Assembly: GCA_051362555.1 (NCBI GenBank)
Contig: CM120642.1
Location: 2,604,001 to 2,668,000, forward strand
Reading direction: 5' to 3'
DNA from: Lingula anatina
Lineage: Eukaryota; Animalia; Brachiopoda
DNA length: 64,000 bases
Positions 14,729 to 27,600 of this stretch are shown one piece after another. Numbering within the stretch: the stretch's first letter is position 1; every line of letters begins with the position of its first letter. The notes under the pieces are model-generated. The model did not search any database. It was not told where the DNA came from and saw only the letters and a program-made list of their open reading frames with translations. A program made the translations under genes and the position numbers.

Positions 14729-15021
14729 CAGTGACGGAGTTAGGTGGGTGTCAGGGGGTCCTGACCCCCCTTCCATTTCTGAAAAAATCACGCCAGTGGT
14801 CCCCTCTTCAAATTAGAATTTTGACTAAAAGCTAAATCATTGACTAAAGCTAAATCATAGTTCTAGACCGTACCAAATGGCACTCTTCGCCCTCTAAAAT
14901 ACCAAATATTTTCGGGGTCCGCTGCCAGGGGGTAGGGGCGGGGGCAGTGTCGGCTTCGCATCTGCGGGTGTCATTCGTTAAAAACGGAGCCTCCCTTCAA
15001 ATAATTCTGGATCCGCCCCTG
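14729..15021 (-). mobile_element. MITE-like repeat, inverted copy of the family at 4627-4890
   Basis: CAGTGACGGA...GGATCCGCCCCTG ends; internal sequence is reverse-complement similar to the other copies. Confidence 0.7.
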
Positions 15022-17730
15022 CAAAGTTAGCCTACTAGGTCTACTCTGACTTGTGAAAATTTCAGCGGCTATTTTGATTATTTTCCCATTATCTACAGTT
15101 TTTATCTGACCAACAGTTTGAAATGTAAAGTACTGTCATGCGTAAAACCGATGTACCGGGGTAACAGGAATGTTTGTCCCCCATTACTGGTAGGCTACTG
15201 TGTGCAAAAACCCAAATACTCCGACTAACCATAACCTGTATTAATTATATGAGACCCCATTCCTAGGACTACAATTCCTGTCACACCGATATTTGAAACA
15301 CTAACCCTAACTCTCTGAGAAGGGCTAAAGTCTGAAAGATTTGTGAAGGAAACACTTCTTATAAAGAAAATAGCTGAAAACACGCCTGGCATCAGAGATA
15401 TCATCGCTTAAAAACGCAGACAAAACATCTCTGACCAAATACTTGTGGGTAGCACGACAAGTCTTACTAGTTGGACTAAACTGCTTGCATCACCTACCGT
15501 ACCCCCGCAAACAAGCGTGACCCGCTGTTAATGCCCCAACGGAATAATAATAAAAACATAGAACGCGATCCTAAGGCCAGGGGGTGCCACATCAGGCACC
15601 CACGCCGTCTCACGCCTGGGGAGAGGTACTACAGCGTACCACTACTCACTAATCACTTAATCACTTAGTACACCCTTAATAGTTACTCAAACACTATCAG
15701 TAATGTTTAACTCGTGACCAGTGGACATGGACGAACATCCCTTGGGTGCAGTAATTAGTTTGTACAGTCTTTGATTTATAGTTGATTTAAAGAGATCAAG
15801 GCCTACTGGTTGAGTCATTGGTTTCAACGTTTATTGGAAACCCTGGCACTACTACATTGACATGCGATCTCTCTTTTACATAACGCGTATGCTCAAGATG
15901 AATATATACCATATTGGGCAGCGATTTTATGCAGTTAAGATACATGTGCTGTATATTTAATTGTTTGAATGAAAATATAACGTCACGACCAAAACAATGA
16001 TTTAAATGATATGATGATAACCCCCTTAAAAGATGAAAAAACAAGATAAAGGCGCTCGCAATAGTAAGGCGATATACAGATACCTTGTAAAACGCAACTT
16101 GGCCCATCATATGCATAAGCTGTTTTTGCTTAAACCTTTTTTGACTTAAAAAAAGTTTCGTGTATCGATCAACACAAGGCGCCTATATAGTGGATAGTTA
16201 AGCATCTTTTTAACTTTTAAATTATTAGCTGTTATACATCTTTGAAATAAAAAAGTTAAGAAATATTACAACTATAGTACACAACTAAAGCTAACATAAA
16301 ACACGCAACGACAGCGTCAATGCTAATTAGTTACGTGTACGTTATCGTAATTATAGGTCGTGGGGGATATCAAGATAAGAATACTGATACCTTAAGAAAG
16401 GAAGTGTATTGAGCTTTCTTTTTTCAAATACTGAACAAGAAAATGTATAGTTTTATTGTAAGTAAGTTTTACTGTGCGAATAATTTGAATAAATGTTCCA
16501 TTAGAAACTTGTCCTTTTTTTAACACGAAGAACGTTGCCTCAGGCAAGTCCTACTAAGAGGCATGCGCCAAAACTTCCTTCTAGACAGGATACTTAGAGA
16601 TAAAGTGATGACGTAATTCACACAGATAATTCTTACATTCCCGACAGCTTGATCCACCTTTGTAGACAGTATCATCACGCTTTACCCTTGCTCCAAGTTT
16701 CTACATCCCGCTTTAAATAAATAAATTTTAAGTAACAATTGTAGCCCACACTCCTCTAAGATGTCCCAAAGGAACAATGATAAAAAACCTTCCTAGGTGC
16801 AACGGCTCGAGGGGCTTGGAGCACGTGCGGTAAAAAACAGACTCTCACCTGCAGACACCTAAGTCGCAATAAAAAAACGGGGTCACTTCGAGTCGTGACG
16901 CCGGCTATCCTTGCTAGTCTATTTTAGGAACAAAACGCGGAAGACAAATGGGATAATATTAATAGATGCCATGTCCGGTCGCAATTAGGCCACGCGTTTG
17001 TGAAGTTAAAGGCTACTCGCGTCATTTGCAAACGTTAATATTCCAGTCAAAAATAATTAAATAAATAAAGCAATTAATGACTGCATTCAATTAGATTTTC
17101 TTTCAAATGCTAAATTTAACTCTCTTAAATAGGACCGCTTTCTTTATTTGGAAATTAACAATTAAATTAACTTGAATTCAGTTTATTTGAAATAGATCAG
17201 TTACATGTAGTGCATTTAATAAATTTTAATCTTAAAGAACTGCATAAATCAATTGATAAATTGGCAGATGATAAAAGAACCAAAATTAAGTCATCACCGT
17301 AACAAATTAATACACGAACTATATTTTAAAGAATACTAAAATGCTTTTTTTTTTCAGTCTTGAGAAATACCTTATCCTTCAACCATGTCAACATAAGTAT
17401 ATTGTCAAAGTGTCACTTCATGTCCCGCACACCAAAACATCCAACTAAGTTGGCCTTTTATTGGTCACAATTTGTCATTTATTGTCATAAATGCCAATTA
17501 ACAACGGTGCGTCCATCCGTACTAGGCAGCGAAAACCTCACCGCGTGTCTTGGTCAGTCAACAAGAGACGACCTATGAGGAAATGTCTTTAATAGACGTC
17601 ATTCATTTCAGCGGACAAATCCCGATGTTGTTTACTATGCTAAAATATGCAGGAGTGTCACGCACTGGTTGTTCCTATGCACGCTGCACCCCGGCTGCTA
17701 TTAGACCTGATAATGGGATTGGGAGGAATA

Positions 17731-17737
17731 TATATAA
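17731..17737 (+). promoter_or_regulatory. Putative TATA box of TEP-2
   Basis: TATATAA about 120 nt upstream of the ATG at 17850. Confidence 0.5.
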
Positions 17738-17849
17738 GACGTGCCGCTTCCCTGGCCTGATTATAATTTTAGTTCACTTTGGTGAACATCAACGGTCACA
17801 CAGAGAGTGGTTTAGCCTGGATTATTTTTATACCTCTTTTGTTTTAAAA

Positions 17850-20800
17850 ATGTGGACGCGGCCTGTGTTTGGTGCCGTCGTGGCAGCGCTGTGGATTGCG
17901 TGTGCTTATGGATATGATAGGTTAGTTCAAATGTTTACTGATATTTTTCTTTTTTCATTTTTCTCTGTTTATTTTTTCGAACTGCTGTAGCGTCTTTCTT
18001 GTGCCAAAGAACATTTTACCATTCAATGCTCTAGCTCTGGTTTAAATACAAATCATTGGACCAGTATACAAACGTCTTGGAGGCTTGTTAGCTTAAAAAG
18101 TGTCCATATATTACCAAAATGAAGTTAAGTGCTTGTTTATGCTGATTTTATGGTCGACGATACCTTGAGTTAAAGCTCAATATAACAGCGGCTTAAGTTT
18201 TTATAATTTGGCGATCTAACGACTTGCTTTAATACTTTAAAATTTATTTTTCAAAGATTCATTGCATTATATTTCAGTTCCTACATAATGATTTCCCCCA
18301 GAAGATTCCGTCCTGGTTTGACTTACGACATTAGCGTGTCCATATTAAAACTGGACACCCCGAACTTACCGGTGACAATTACCGCCGTCATTGACCGAAA
18401 CGGCACGGCAATTGCTGGCGGTGTCGGCGTGTTTCGTCTCGGTAAGGATTTAATTACATATTTAATTACATGGTCAGACACATAATTAATCTAGTAAAGG
18501 GACATCAGTAATAGATGTACGGTTTGAAATAGCGCTCATGCGTCGGACGTCCTTCTCTTTTTATAACCCCCACCCTCTAAACCAATCGGGCACTCGTCGA
18601 AACCCTTGACATTATTTATAGGTTAATAATTATGTAAAATGTCTATGTAAAACATGAAGGGATTGTATAATTCCAAGGAGGCTTATGTGGCGTTTGAGAC
18701 AGCATTCTTTCTATCACTTTATCCATCTTCGATCTGCATATTTATGGCAGAAGAAGACAGGCAGGTCAACAGTCTTGCTCTGCTGGCACTTGTTCTGGTT
18801 CGTAAGTGAATGTTAAAGATGACCCTCTATCTCCACGGTGCCCTGATTACAATACTGATGTGAAGATACCGGTACTGCTAGATATACGGCTGGTTTATAC
18901 TTTATCTCGCACTCGTTCGATGTGGAGGAAAGGGACAGTTTGAGATAAACCGAGATCTAACATGGTGTCAACAGAGCTTGTTTACAGAAGAAATGTTATT
19001 ATTTATCCCAGTGCCGTGCGTGCATGACAGGTCCCGACTGTGGCATGTACTGTGATAGTATGTACCGTATATGAAGGTACGCAGTTGTTAGCTTCATGCC
19101 TTTAAAGAGCCACCGTATCTGCAGTATAATTGATGTCCTCATTCCAATTTGATTCCCTTTATCTGTAAAGGTGTATGCTTTATCAAGGAGTCCGGATATG
19201 TAATAGCAAGCGTTGATGTTTTCTCCAAACCACGAATGACTGTTAAGGCTTTTATCGTTTAAAGATAATGGCGATGTAGCACCAAATTACCAGCGGTTAA
19301 CCTTATTTGACACATCTCAAATTTAAATTAAAAAATACACACTGAGCAAAAATATAAACGACCCACGCAAAACTTAGATACATGTTATTAGCATTATGGG
19401 TTATGTATATATTTGTTAAATCATTCAGGGTCAGTTTTGTTGTTCAGTGTACTCCAGATTAAAAATAAAATTTTAAGACAACACCCGCTCATTTGGAGTT
19501 GGGCTCTATTACATGTCACGTAAATAATTCACATGGGATATTTTTGCTTAGCATATTTACATGCATTATATCTCTGAATGTTAATGACATCTTATAAAAT
19601 ATCCGAATAATTTTTCTTTTCTTTTTTTTATTTATTTTAGGTTCATCTGGGACACTGTCGATTCAGGTAAGCTCTATCTTTTAAGTTCATTCTCTCTCTC
19701 ATTTTCTTTCTCTCCATTTATATACATTAGCGCAACACATGCACTCATTTTACATTTGTAATATATATATTCAAAGTAGTGTTATCATTTAATTACGCAA
19801 CTAGCGCCTGGCTCTTATTGACATTTTAATATATTCCACTTAAAAGTGCAGAGACTAAAACGGGCGACTATAGCGACGGAAGAAGTCAATTAAACCACTC
19901 CTAATCACCACTTCAAGCTGCACTAAACATGTAAAATACATGAAAAAAAGTACTAGAAGCATTTACTCGCTTGTGGTATGTTTATCCAAGAGTTTTAGTG
20001 CAGCTCATTAAAAATAAAGATAACAGATTATATTATCCTCAAATGTACGAAGCAATTACATGCTGTAAGTATACATGACACTCCGCATAGGTCGATCCCA
20101 TCTGATAACAAAACTGGCTTTCGGCAAAACAGGTTGTCACATTCATGAATATTGTTCCTTTCCATCTTCTCAAAACTAATCACAACCTGGGCGTTGATTA
20201 AAGCGACATAACCGACTCTATGAGAAAAACAAAAACTGAATGTGCTCCGTCTTTATTTCTACAAAATACATGCACAACGTGCGTAGATAAGAACACGTGA
20301 ACAATTTTGATAAAAATAGCGCTCCTGCTAATTTATCTGTTAAGCTATTTATCTAATCATATTTTTTATTTATTTCGAAATAATTGCCGTAAGAGATAAT
20401 AGCGGTTTATTCTAACATGAAGATAGCACAGATATGTTTCATGCTGTAGCAACCGTTCTCACGACCATTCTTGTAGGTACCGAGAGATATAGAACCCGTC
20501 AATGTCTACAGATACTATACTTATTACGGAGACTTCAAGTTAAAAGTGATAGGTAATGGCGGCCTCACCTTCACCAATGAGACGTGGTTGCAGTTTGATT
20601 CCAAAAGTCTCTCTATCTTCACCCAGACAGATAAAGGGATTTACCAACCGGGACAGACAGGTGAGTGTCGTGACGAAAGTAGCTTCACTGGCTAATTAAT
20701 ATGTTCACCAACTAGTATACTGTACATGTATGTGTACTGCTAGTGTATACAATGGTCAGCTTTACCCACTACTCTTTTCTATTAGCTGTTTCATGGCCGC

Positions 20801-23800
20801 TCCCTCAATTCGCAGGTCTTATATTTTATGTTAATTAAAGATGGCAAGGAACATAGACAAGTGTCAGATCATCATAAGTACTTTATTATTCGCAAATCTG
20901 CTTTGAAAAAAGACGCTTCGTTTGTCATGTTTCGCCCACCTTTTAACTATTGCCCACTTTTTCATACACTTAATAAATGTTTAAATACACATTGCAACAT
21001 CCAAACAGATATAAATCACTCACAGTTGTCTAAATATACCTAGTGTTTGCTGCTTAAATTTAAAAATATTTTTGATCATTCGAATGGAGCAATGAATTAT
21101 TCAACCAGTACTCATATTTAATTTAAAATCGCGCACTCTAGGGCAGTTGTTGCATTAACTATAACCCTCATGATATGCAGATAACTCAGGTATAAAGCTG
21201 TCATTTCTATTATTCTAACATGGCTGTAATGATTTCCTCGGTGACTCATTCCTTGCAGAGTTATGTCTTTCGCGTTGTCATGGTGTAATAACATCACATT
21301 TGAGAACTTTATGTTGAATTTTATTTTCCAGTTCGCTTCAGGGCATTCGCCACTGGTCCCGACTTGAAACCCATCATTGCTCCTATGACAGTTGAGATAT
21401 ACGTAAGAGTGTTTCTTTTTTAGCCTCATAATTATTAGATAGATGTAATTGAACCTTCGGAAATCTAAAAAAATCTTTATTGCCCATTTCGATTGATTTG
21501 CATCTTGTTGATATGGATGTGTAATTTTGTTTAGAAATTCATGAAAAATTAAAATGATCTCAAGTAATATCGTATCTTGAAAAACGTTGAAGCTCCGCTT
21601 TTCACTCCTGGGAGTTTATTTATGGATGTTTACAACTAAAAAGATCATGAACGTAAACATCCTTTCCACAAACAGAAACTGAAAATTGTTTATTAACCAG
21701 GACGCCAGAGAAAATCGAGTAAAGCAGATGATCGACGTCCAGGGAGAGGCTGGCATAGTAAGCAGTGAAATGGCGCTGCCTTCCGAACCAGTCTTGGGAG
21801 ATTGGAAAATAAAAGTCAAGATCTTGGTAAGTCTTCGGCATGATTGCCGTGGTTTTAGTGGTAGCCGACCTGTGATTTGGAAATCCTCGGCCAATTTCGT
21901 CCTGCGAAACGGAAACACGCGAGGTTGGCCAATATACTTTCCTTATGGTAATTTTTTTTTCAAAATTGGATGGATGTAAAATTTACTTCTTAGAAATTGG
22001 CACAAAGTTGTAAAGTATAATGATGTCTCAAGAATCTGCCAAATATTAAATTGGAACTTAATTAATCACAGTTACTGTCCGAGATCTTTAGTGGTAAAAT
22101 ATTTTATCAAACTATTAGTCTTATGTACATTTCCAACTTGCAGGGAGAAAGTAAGGAAACAGAATTTGAGGTCGACGAATATGGTAAGCATGATATTGTC
22201 TTAGATCAGACATGTTTACATTGAGAAGTTTTATATAAAGACCTGATTAAAGATGAAAATGATAAGCATTTTAGAAATGTGAATAAAAAGCACAGTTTAA
22301 AGTAATAAAAACTTTATTCCTGACTAATATAAGATAATTTTATCTTGTTTTCACTCTAAAGCTCCTTATATGTCATGTAGTAGTACCAGTATTTAATACC
22401 TTCATTCTGTCTGTTATCAGTTTTACCGAAATTCGAGGTCAAAGTTGAACTTCCACCATATATCTTAGAGGACGCCCCTTCAATTACTGGAAAAATTGTT
22501 GCAACGTAAGTAAAAAGAACTATTATTACCAACTAACCAATTAGCGAAATAATTAAATCATTTTTTTGAATAATAAACAATAACAATGTCATTTTGATAA
22601 AGACATGCAGTAAGATGACAGTGAATTTAAGTCATTTTTTGCATACAGTTAAAATGAGGGTAGTTACTTTTAAACACGCTTAACTTTTCTGAAGTTCTTA
22701 GAATAACCGTGAGGGTCGATTGCATGTTTGCAACAACAGAACACAGATGCTGCAACATTGTACAGTGTATAGAGCTTCTTCCCTACATAAAGATAAGGAC
22801 AAAGATATATATCGCTTATAATTATCTATTTATTTATTTAAATATTTATTTATTGAAATATTTATTTATTTGCACAATAGATACACCTATGGTAAGCCTG
22901 TGGAAGGTACCGTTACTTTGAGAGCAGTTCCCACCTGTTGTAAGAAATACAGGTACAACGGAACGTATGGTGTTGAACAAAGAATGGTGGTAAGTAGATT
23001 ATCCCATTTTACCAACTCATTTCATATTTTATAAGTTTTTAAACCAGGTTATAAGGCTGACTTTGTTTGGGGTACTTTCGCAATGCCACTAGTTTCTGCT
23101 GCTCACTTCCATTCTGTATTAAGCATTTAAGCATTAAAGTTGACTTTTATCACTATTGCTAATGAGATTGCAAGTGAAATAAAGGCACCGGATAGCTGAC
23201 TAAATGGGATATTTTGATATATTTCAGTTGGACAAAGTGACAGGGGAAGCGTCCTTCACTCTTCTCAGGGAAGACTTACTGATAGGCCACAATAATATAT
23301 ACGGGATTGAGGTGAAAGCGAACGTGACAGAGACCCTCACTGGCATCACGCTTTCTGGAGAAGAATCTAAATACTTCGTGAACTCGCCATATAAGGTCGA
23401 ATGGCTGCAGAACTCCCCCAGCTCCTTCAAACCTGGCCTGGCCTATAAAGGATATGTAAGTTTTTTTTTCAAAGTGAATTAAAATTTGATTTGATTCCAG
23501 GATGCTTCATGATCGAAACATGACTGAGTATTAGATAGATATCTCCTTAACGCGTTCACATGCAGAAGAATGTAGTCCTGCTAGTAATATTACATATTCC
23601 ACATTACGTTAAACCAAAATTGTCCTCGACCGGTTCGAAACTACTCGTAGGTCACACCTGTTAACATCGTGGAAACACGGTTGATTCTTATCACCAAGCA
23701 CTTGCAAATAAAGTAAACTCTGTGGTTAAATTGTAGATGCATGGGAAAACCTATTAAACAAAGCAGTATGATTGATGAACACATATAATATACTACTTAA

Positions 23801-24625
23801 TTGTCCCGGGTGCTTCTATTTCCTTAATAAAAAAAATAAAAAATGCGTATTACATGTACCAGCGATGCTATTATAATTTTTTAGTTTCATTATATGTTTT
23901 CAAGACATTGGTGATGGCTTAAATTATAATGGTTTAGCACTGAAATGGAAATTTTATGGTAAAAACTAAAAGTCAGTATTTTTAACGTCCTGGTTAATGT
24001 TTGTGAAATACAGACATTAATTTTGGCATAAAACATAACGTCATTTATGGCGTCGCGTTCAGACGATGTCATTCTTTTTTTTTTTTTTTTTAAGGCTAAG
24101 GCGTTGACACCTCTTAATCGCTAAATCGGTGTATTTTAAAACTTTTTCAGGTGAAAGTTACATACCAGGACGACACGCCATTAGGAAAACCCGCCACACT
24201 GAACATCACATCCACGGTGAGATACAAGAACCCCAACCCAGACCCAACCCCTTCTCCACCGTTCATCCAACCCGTGCCCCTTAAACCCGTGGGCATTGCC
24301 AAGCGTTCCATCGCCTTCCCCGGACCGTGGTGGTATGATCCCTTACTGTCAAGGGAGGGACCATCTATGCTGCTGTCCATCCCAGAGGACGGGATAGTGG
24401 AAGTGACCCTCACGCCACCGAGTGACGCCCAGCAAATGGATTTAAGGGTGAGTATCGTTGGAACACTAGAATAAAACGAATTGTTTATACGATAGAGTGA
24501 TTAGTAAATATAGGAAAAACATGAGAGTAGAGATGAGAAAGGCTTCTATAATGGTAACAGTCAAATTTACTCAAAATTAATGTAATATTATCATCTTCAA
24601 TTTCTTCCAACCCTTCTCCCCGAGA

Positions 24626-24662
<37 letters not shown>

Positions 24663-27600
24663 CGTTCAGTTGCAATTTGTACAATAGAAACTAAAGTAAC
24701 CCGTCTCTTTTAGGCTGAATATGAAAAGAGGACAGGTTACAGGAATATTAACAGGATGCACTCTCCCAGTGACAGCTATCTACAACTGTTAGTAATCACA
24801 ACGGATGCCGTGGTGAGTAAGAACATAAACTTGGTAGTGGAAAGTTATAGTACCCTGTATATCACTACTCAAGAATGACGGCTTATGATGGCCTTGAAAA
24901 TAGATGTCAAACGCTGTTTGCAAATTTACCCTGAACGTGTTCATTCATAGGGTACTTACATGTGGTAGTATTTTTGTGCGTTCGGATTACCCGTAGGCCT
25001 TACTAAGTACAGTACCTCGCATTTGCATATCGTACCCCTTTTCAAGTATTTACGATAACATTCTTACTTTTTTAGGCGGGACAATATGCCACATTTGCTG
25101 TGACTACTACTGAACAAGTCGACCAGCTGAACTATCAGGTAGGGTGAGCCTGAACACTTTCGGACCACGTGACGAAGTGGTTCACGTCATAAACTTCGCT
25201 ATCGGCGGGAAAAAAATTGGCGCGGAGATTGAAATGCAAATAAAATTTTTCACTTAGTTAATGTGGACAATACTTACACATAATTTTGTTCAGTAAATAA
25301 GTTTGTAACCCACCCATTTAGAAGTCAATGGCATAATCGAGATAGTTTTTAAAGAAGAAACATTTACAGTATCAGAACATTAATTCACTCGATATTCATA
25401 CCGGAACCGTCTACATTAATCTACTGACGGTGAATTGGTAGACAATACATATAGCTACTGTACAGGTTATATACATGTATATATAATAGACCCTACTCGG
25501 GGGGACATCGTACCTGATTGTTTGCAGTACTTTCTAAATTCATATTCTTAGGTTTTGGCCAGAGGCGAAATAGCAGCATCTGGGGTTGTCACGCTGACCA
25601 GTTCAAGCACCTTCCGCATCCCTCTGACGTCATCGATGGCCCCCCGCGCCCAAATGGTTGTGTACTATGTGAGACCTGACGGCGAGATTGTCAATGACGG
25701 CGTGAGCTTCAATGTAGAAGGCGCTATTCAGAACATGGTGAGTTGGCAACGAATAATTTTTTTCTTTGAAATGAAGTTAAGATTTATTTTTTCTAGAGAA
25801 AAAATATCAGCTTGTGAGTTTAGGGGTTTATAAATAAATAAATAAAATTTCATTAAAAGCTTTGCGGGACAATTCATTAGAAAATGAAACTGCTTATCAT
25901 AAAAAAACTAAAATTTTATTTCAATCAATCCTAAGTAAAATTTGAAAAATAAAGATAAATAAATGTCACCATAAATTAATCGTTTATTATCTTTGAAATT
26001 GTTACTTCAGGTCTCTCTGAATGCGTCCAGAAGTGAGGCCGAACCTGGACAGAGTGTGGACCTCAGAGTAAGAGCTGACCCTAACTCTGTGGTCTGTCTC
26101 CTGGCTGTTGACCAGAGCGTTCTGTTGTTAAACAAGGGGAATGATATCACAAAAGATGGTGTAAGTGCTTCAATGGCGACATGTACTGACAGTCAAGCAC
26201 GTCCTCTTGTAAAACTATTACGTTGACTTTTAAACAAATCGACATGAAGTAAAATTACTCGTTTTTAAAATTGGAGAATGATTTTATACACGATGGGTTT
26301 GATAATACATACTCGGCCTTATGTGATGTACAATGTTTCTGATGAATAGATACCAAGTTGCTTTACTTTAAACTGTTATAGACATGTACTATATTATGGT
26401 CTTTCGATGAAAAATAATTCAGATTATGGAAGAAGTGAACCAATACGGTGGATTTGGATTCTATCCCGGACCTTTCTACAGATACTGGTGGCCGTACAGT
26501 ATCTCTGGGACCGACGCCAAGGACGTGTTTAATGTAAGTTAATAAATAAGGCTTGTTCCTAGCTTTAAAAAAAATTACTCCCCTCTTAAGTTTTTTTTTA
26601 CTCAGTTATGAAAGGCATGGTCCATAATGTAAGGAATAACCCTTGCAATGGTTTATTATTTTATTTCCCATCAGTGTACCATGCTGTCTTTCAAAACCCG
26701 TTTGCAAGCAAAACGCCTCTGTACTATAAACAGAGAGATTCAATGCTTTATATCTTGCTGTTTACAGTACAAACTGTTTTAAGGGTGAAATATGTCTTTT
26801 ACTGTTTCATACATCTAATTGTTAAATTTTACCTTATAGAACGCCGGGGTTATCATACTCACGGACGCACTGGTCTACGAAAAAATCGAGGGTAGGTTCT
26901 ACTTTTTTCCTGCTTTAATGTCCCTTTTCCACAGGTACGGAGATAACCTTTGTGTAAAGTGGTGCTTATATTCTTAAAACGTTTTCACAACGATCTCCTT
27001 ATTAGATATATAGGTCTCAATGATCATTATTTATCCTTCATTATTAATCAGAGTAAGACTTATATGACAGTACGCTTAATTTAATTACTTTCTTAAAGAT
27101 TTACTTTATTACGAAAATATGTTTAAAGTAATATTCCTATCACATTTTACCTTCGGGTTTCCAAAAAACTGATCGAGCTTTGTCCTGTAATAGGATCCCG
27201 TCATATTAATTGTTTAAAGAATCAATCCTTTACACTGCACTGCTTATCCTGTAAAATCGCTTCTACTTGTCACCGCTTGAAATGCAATGAAACTAGCTTG
27301 TGTGTTCAGACAGGATTGCTTCGACCTGATATCGGCCTAAACTGCATCTTCTAACGACAGATTTGCTTTGTTAAAATCCTGGCGTCTGGTGACGCTTTTT
27401 AGACTAATACCCGTTCGAAAATAATCCTGATTTGAACAAAGCTTCGTTTCCCCCCGGCTTTCTATCCCTCATTCCCTCCACATTTGCAGAAGGCGGGGCC
27501 TACGCCCGTGGCGGAGGAGGTGGTGGTGGCGGTATTGCCTTTAGTGCCGTAGCTGACACTAATTTGGCGGCGGCACCCGGTCCTGCTGCAACCAGTGGTG

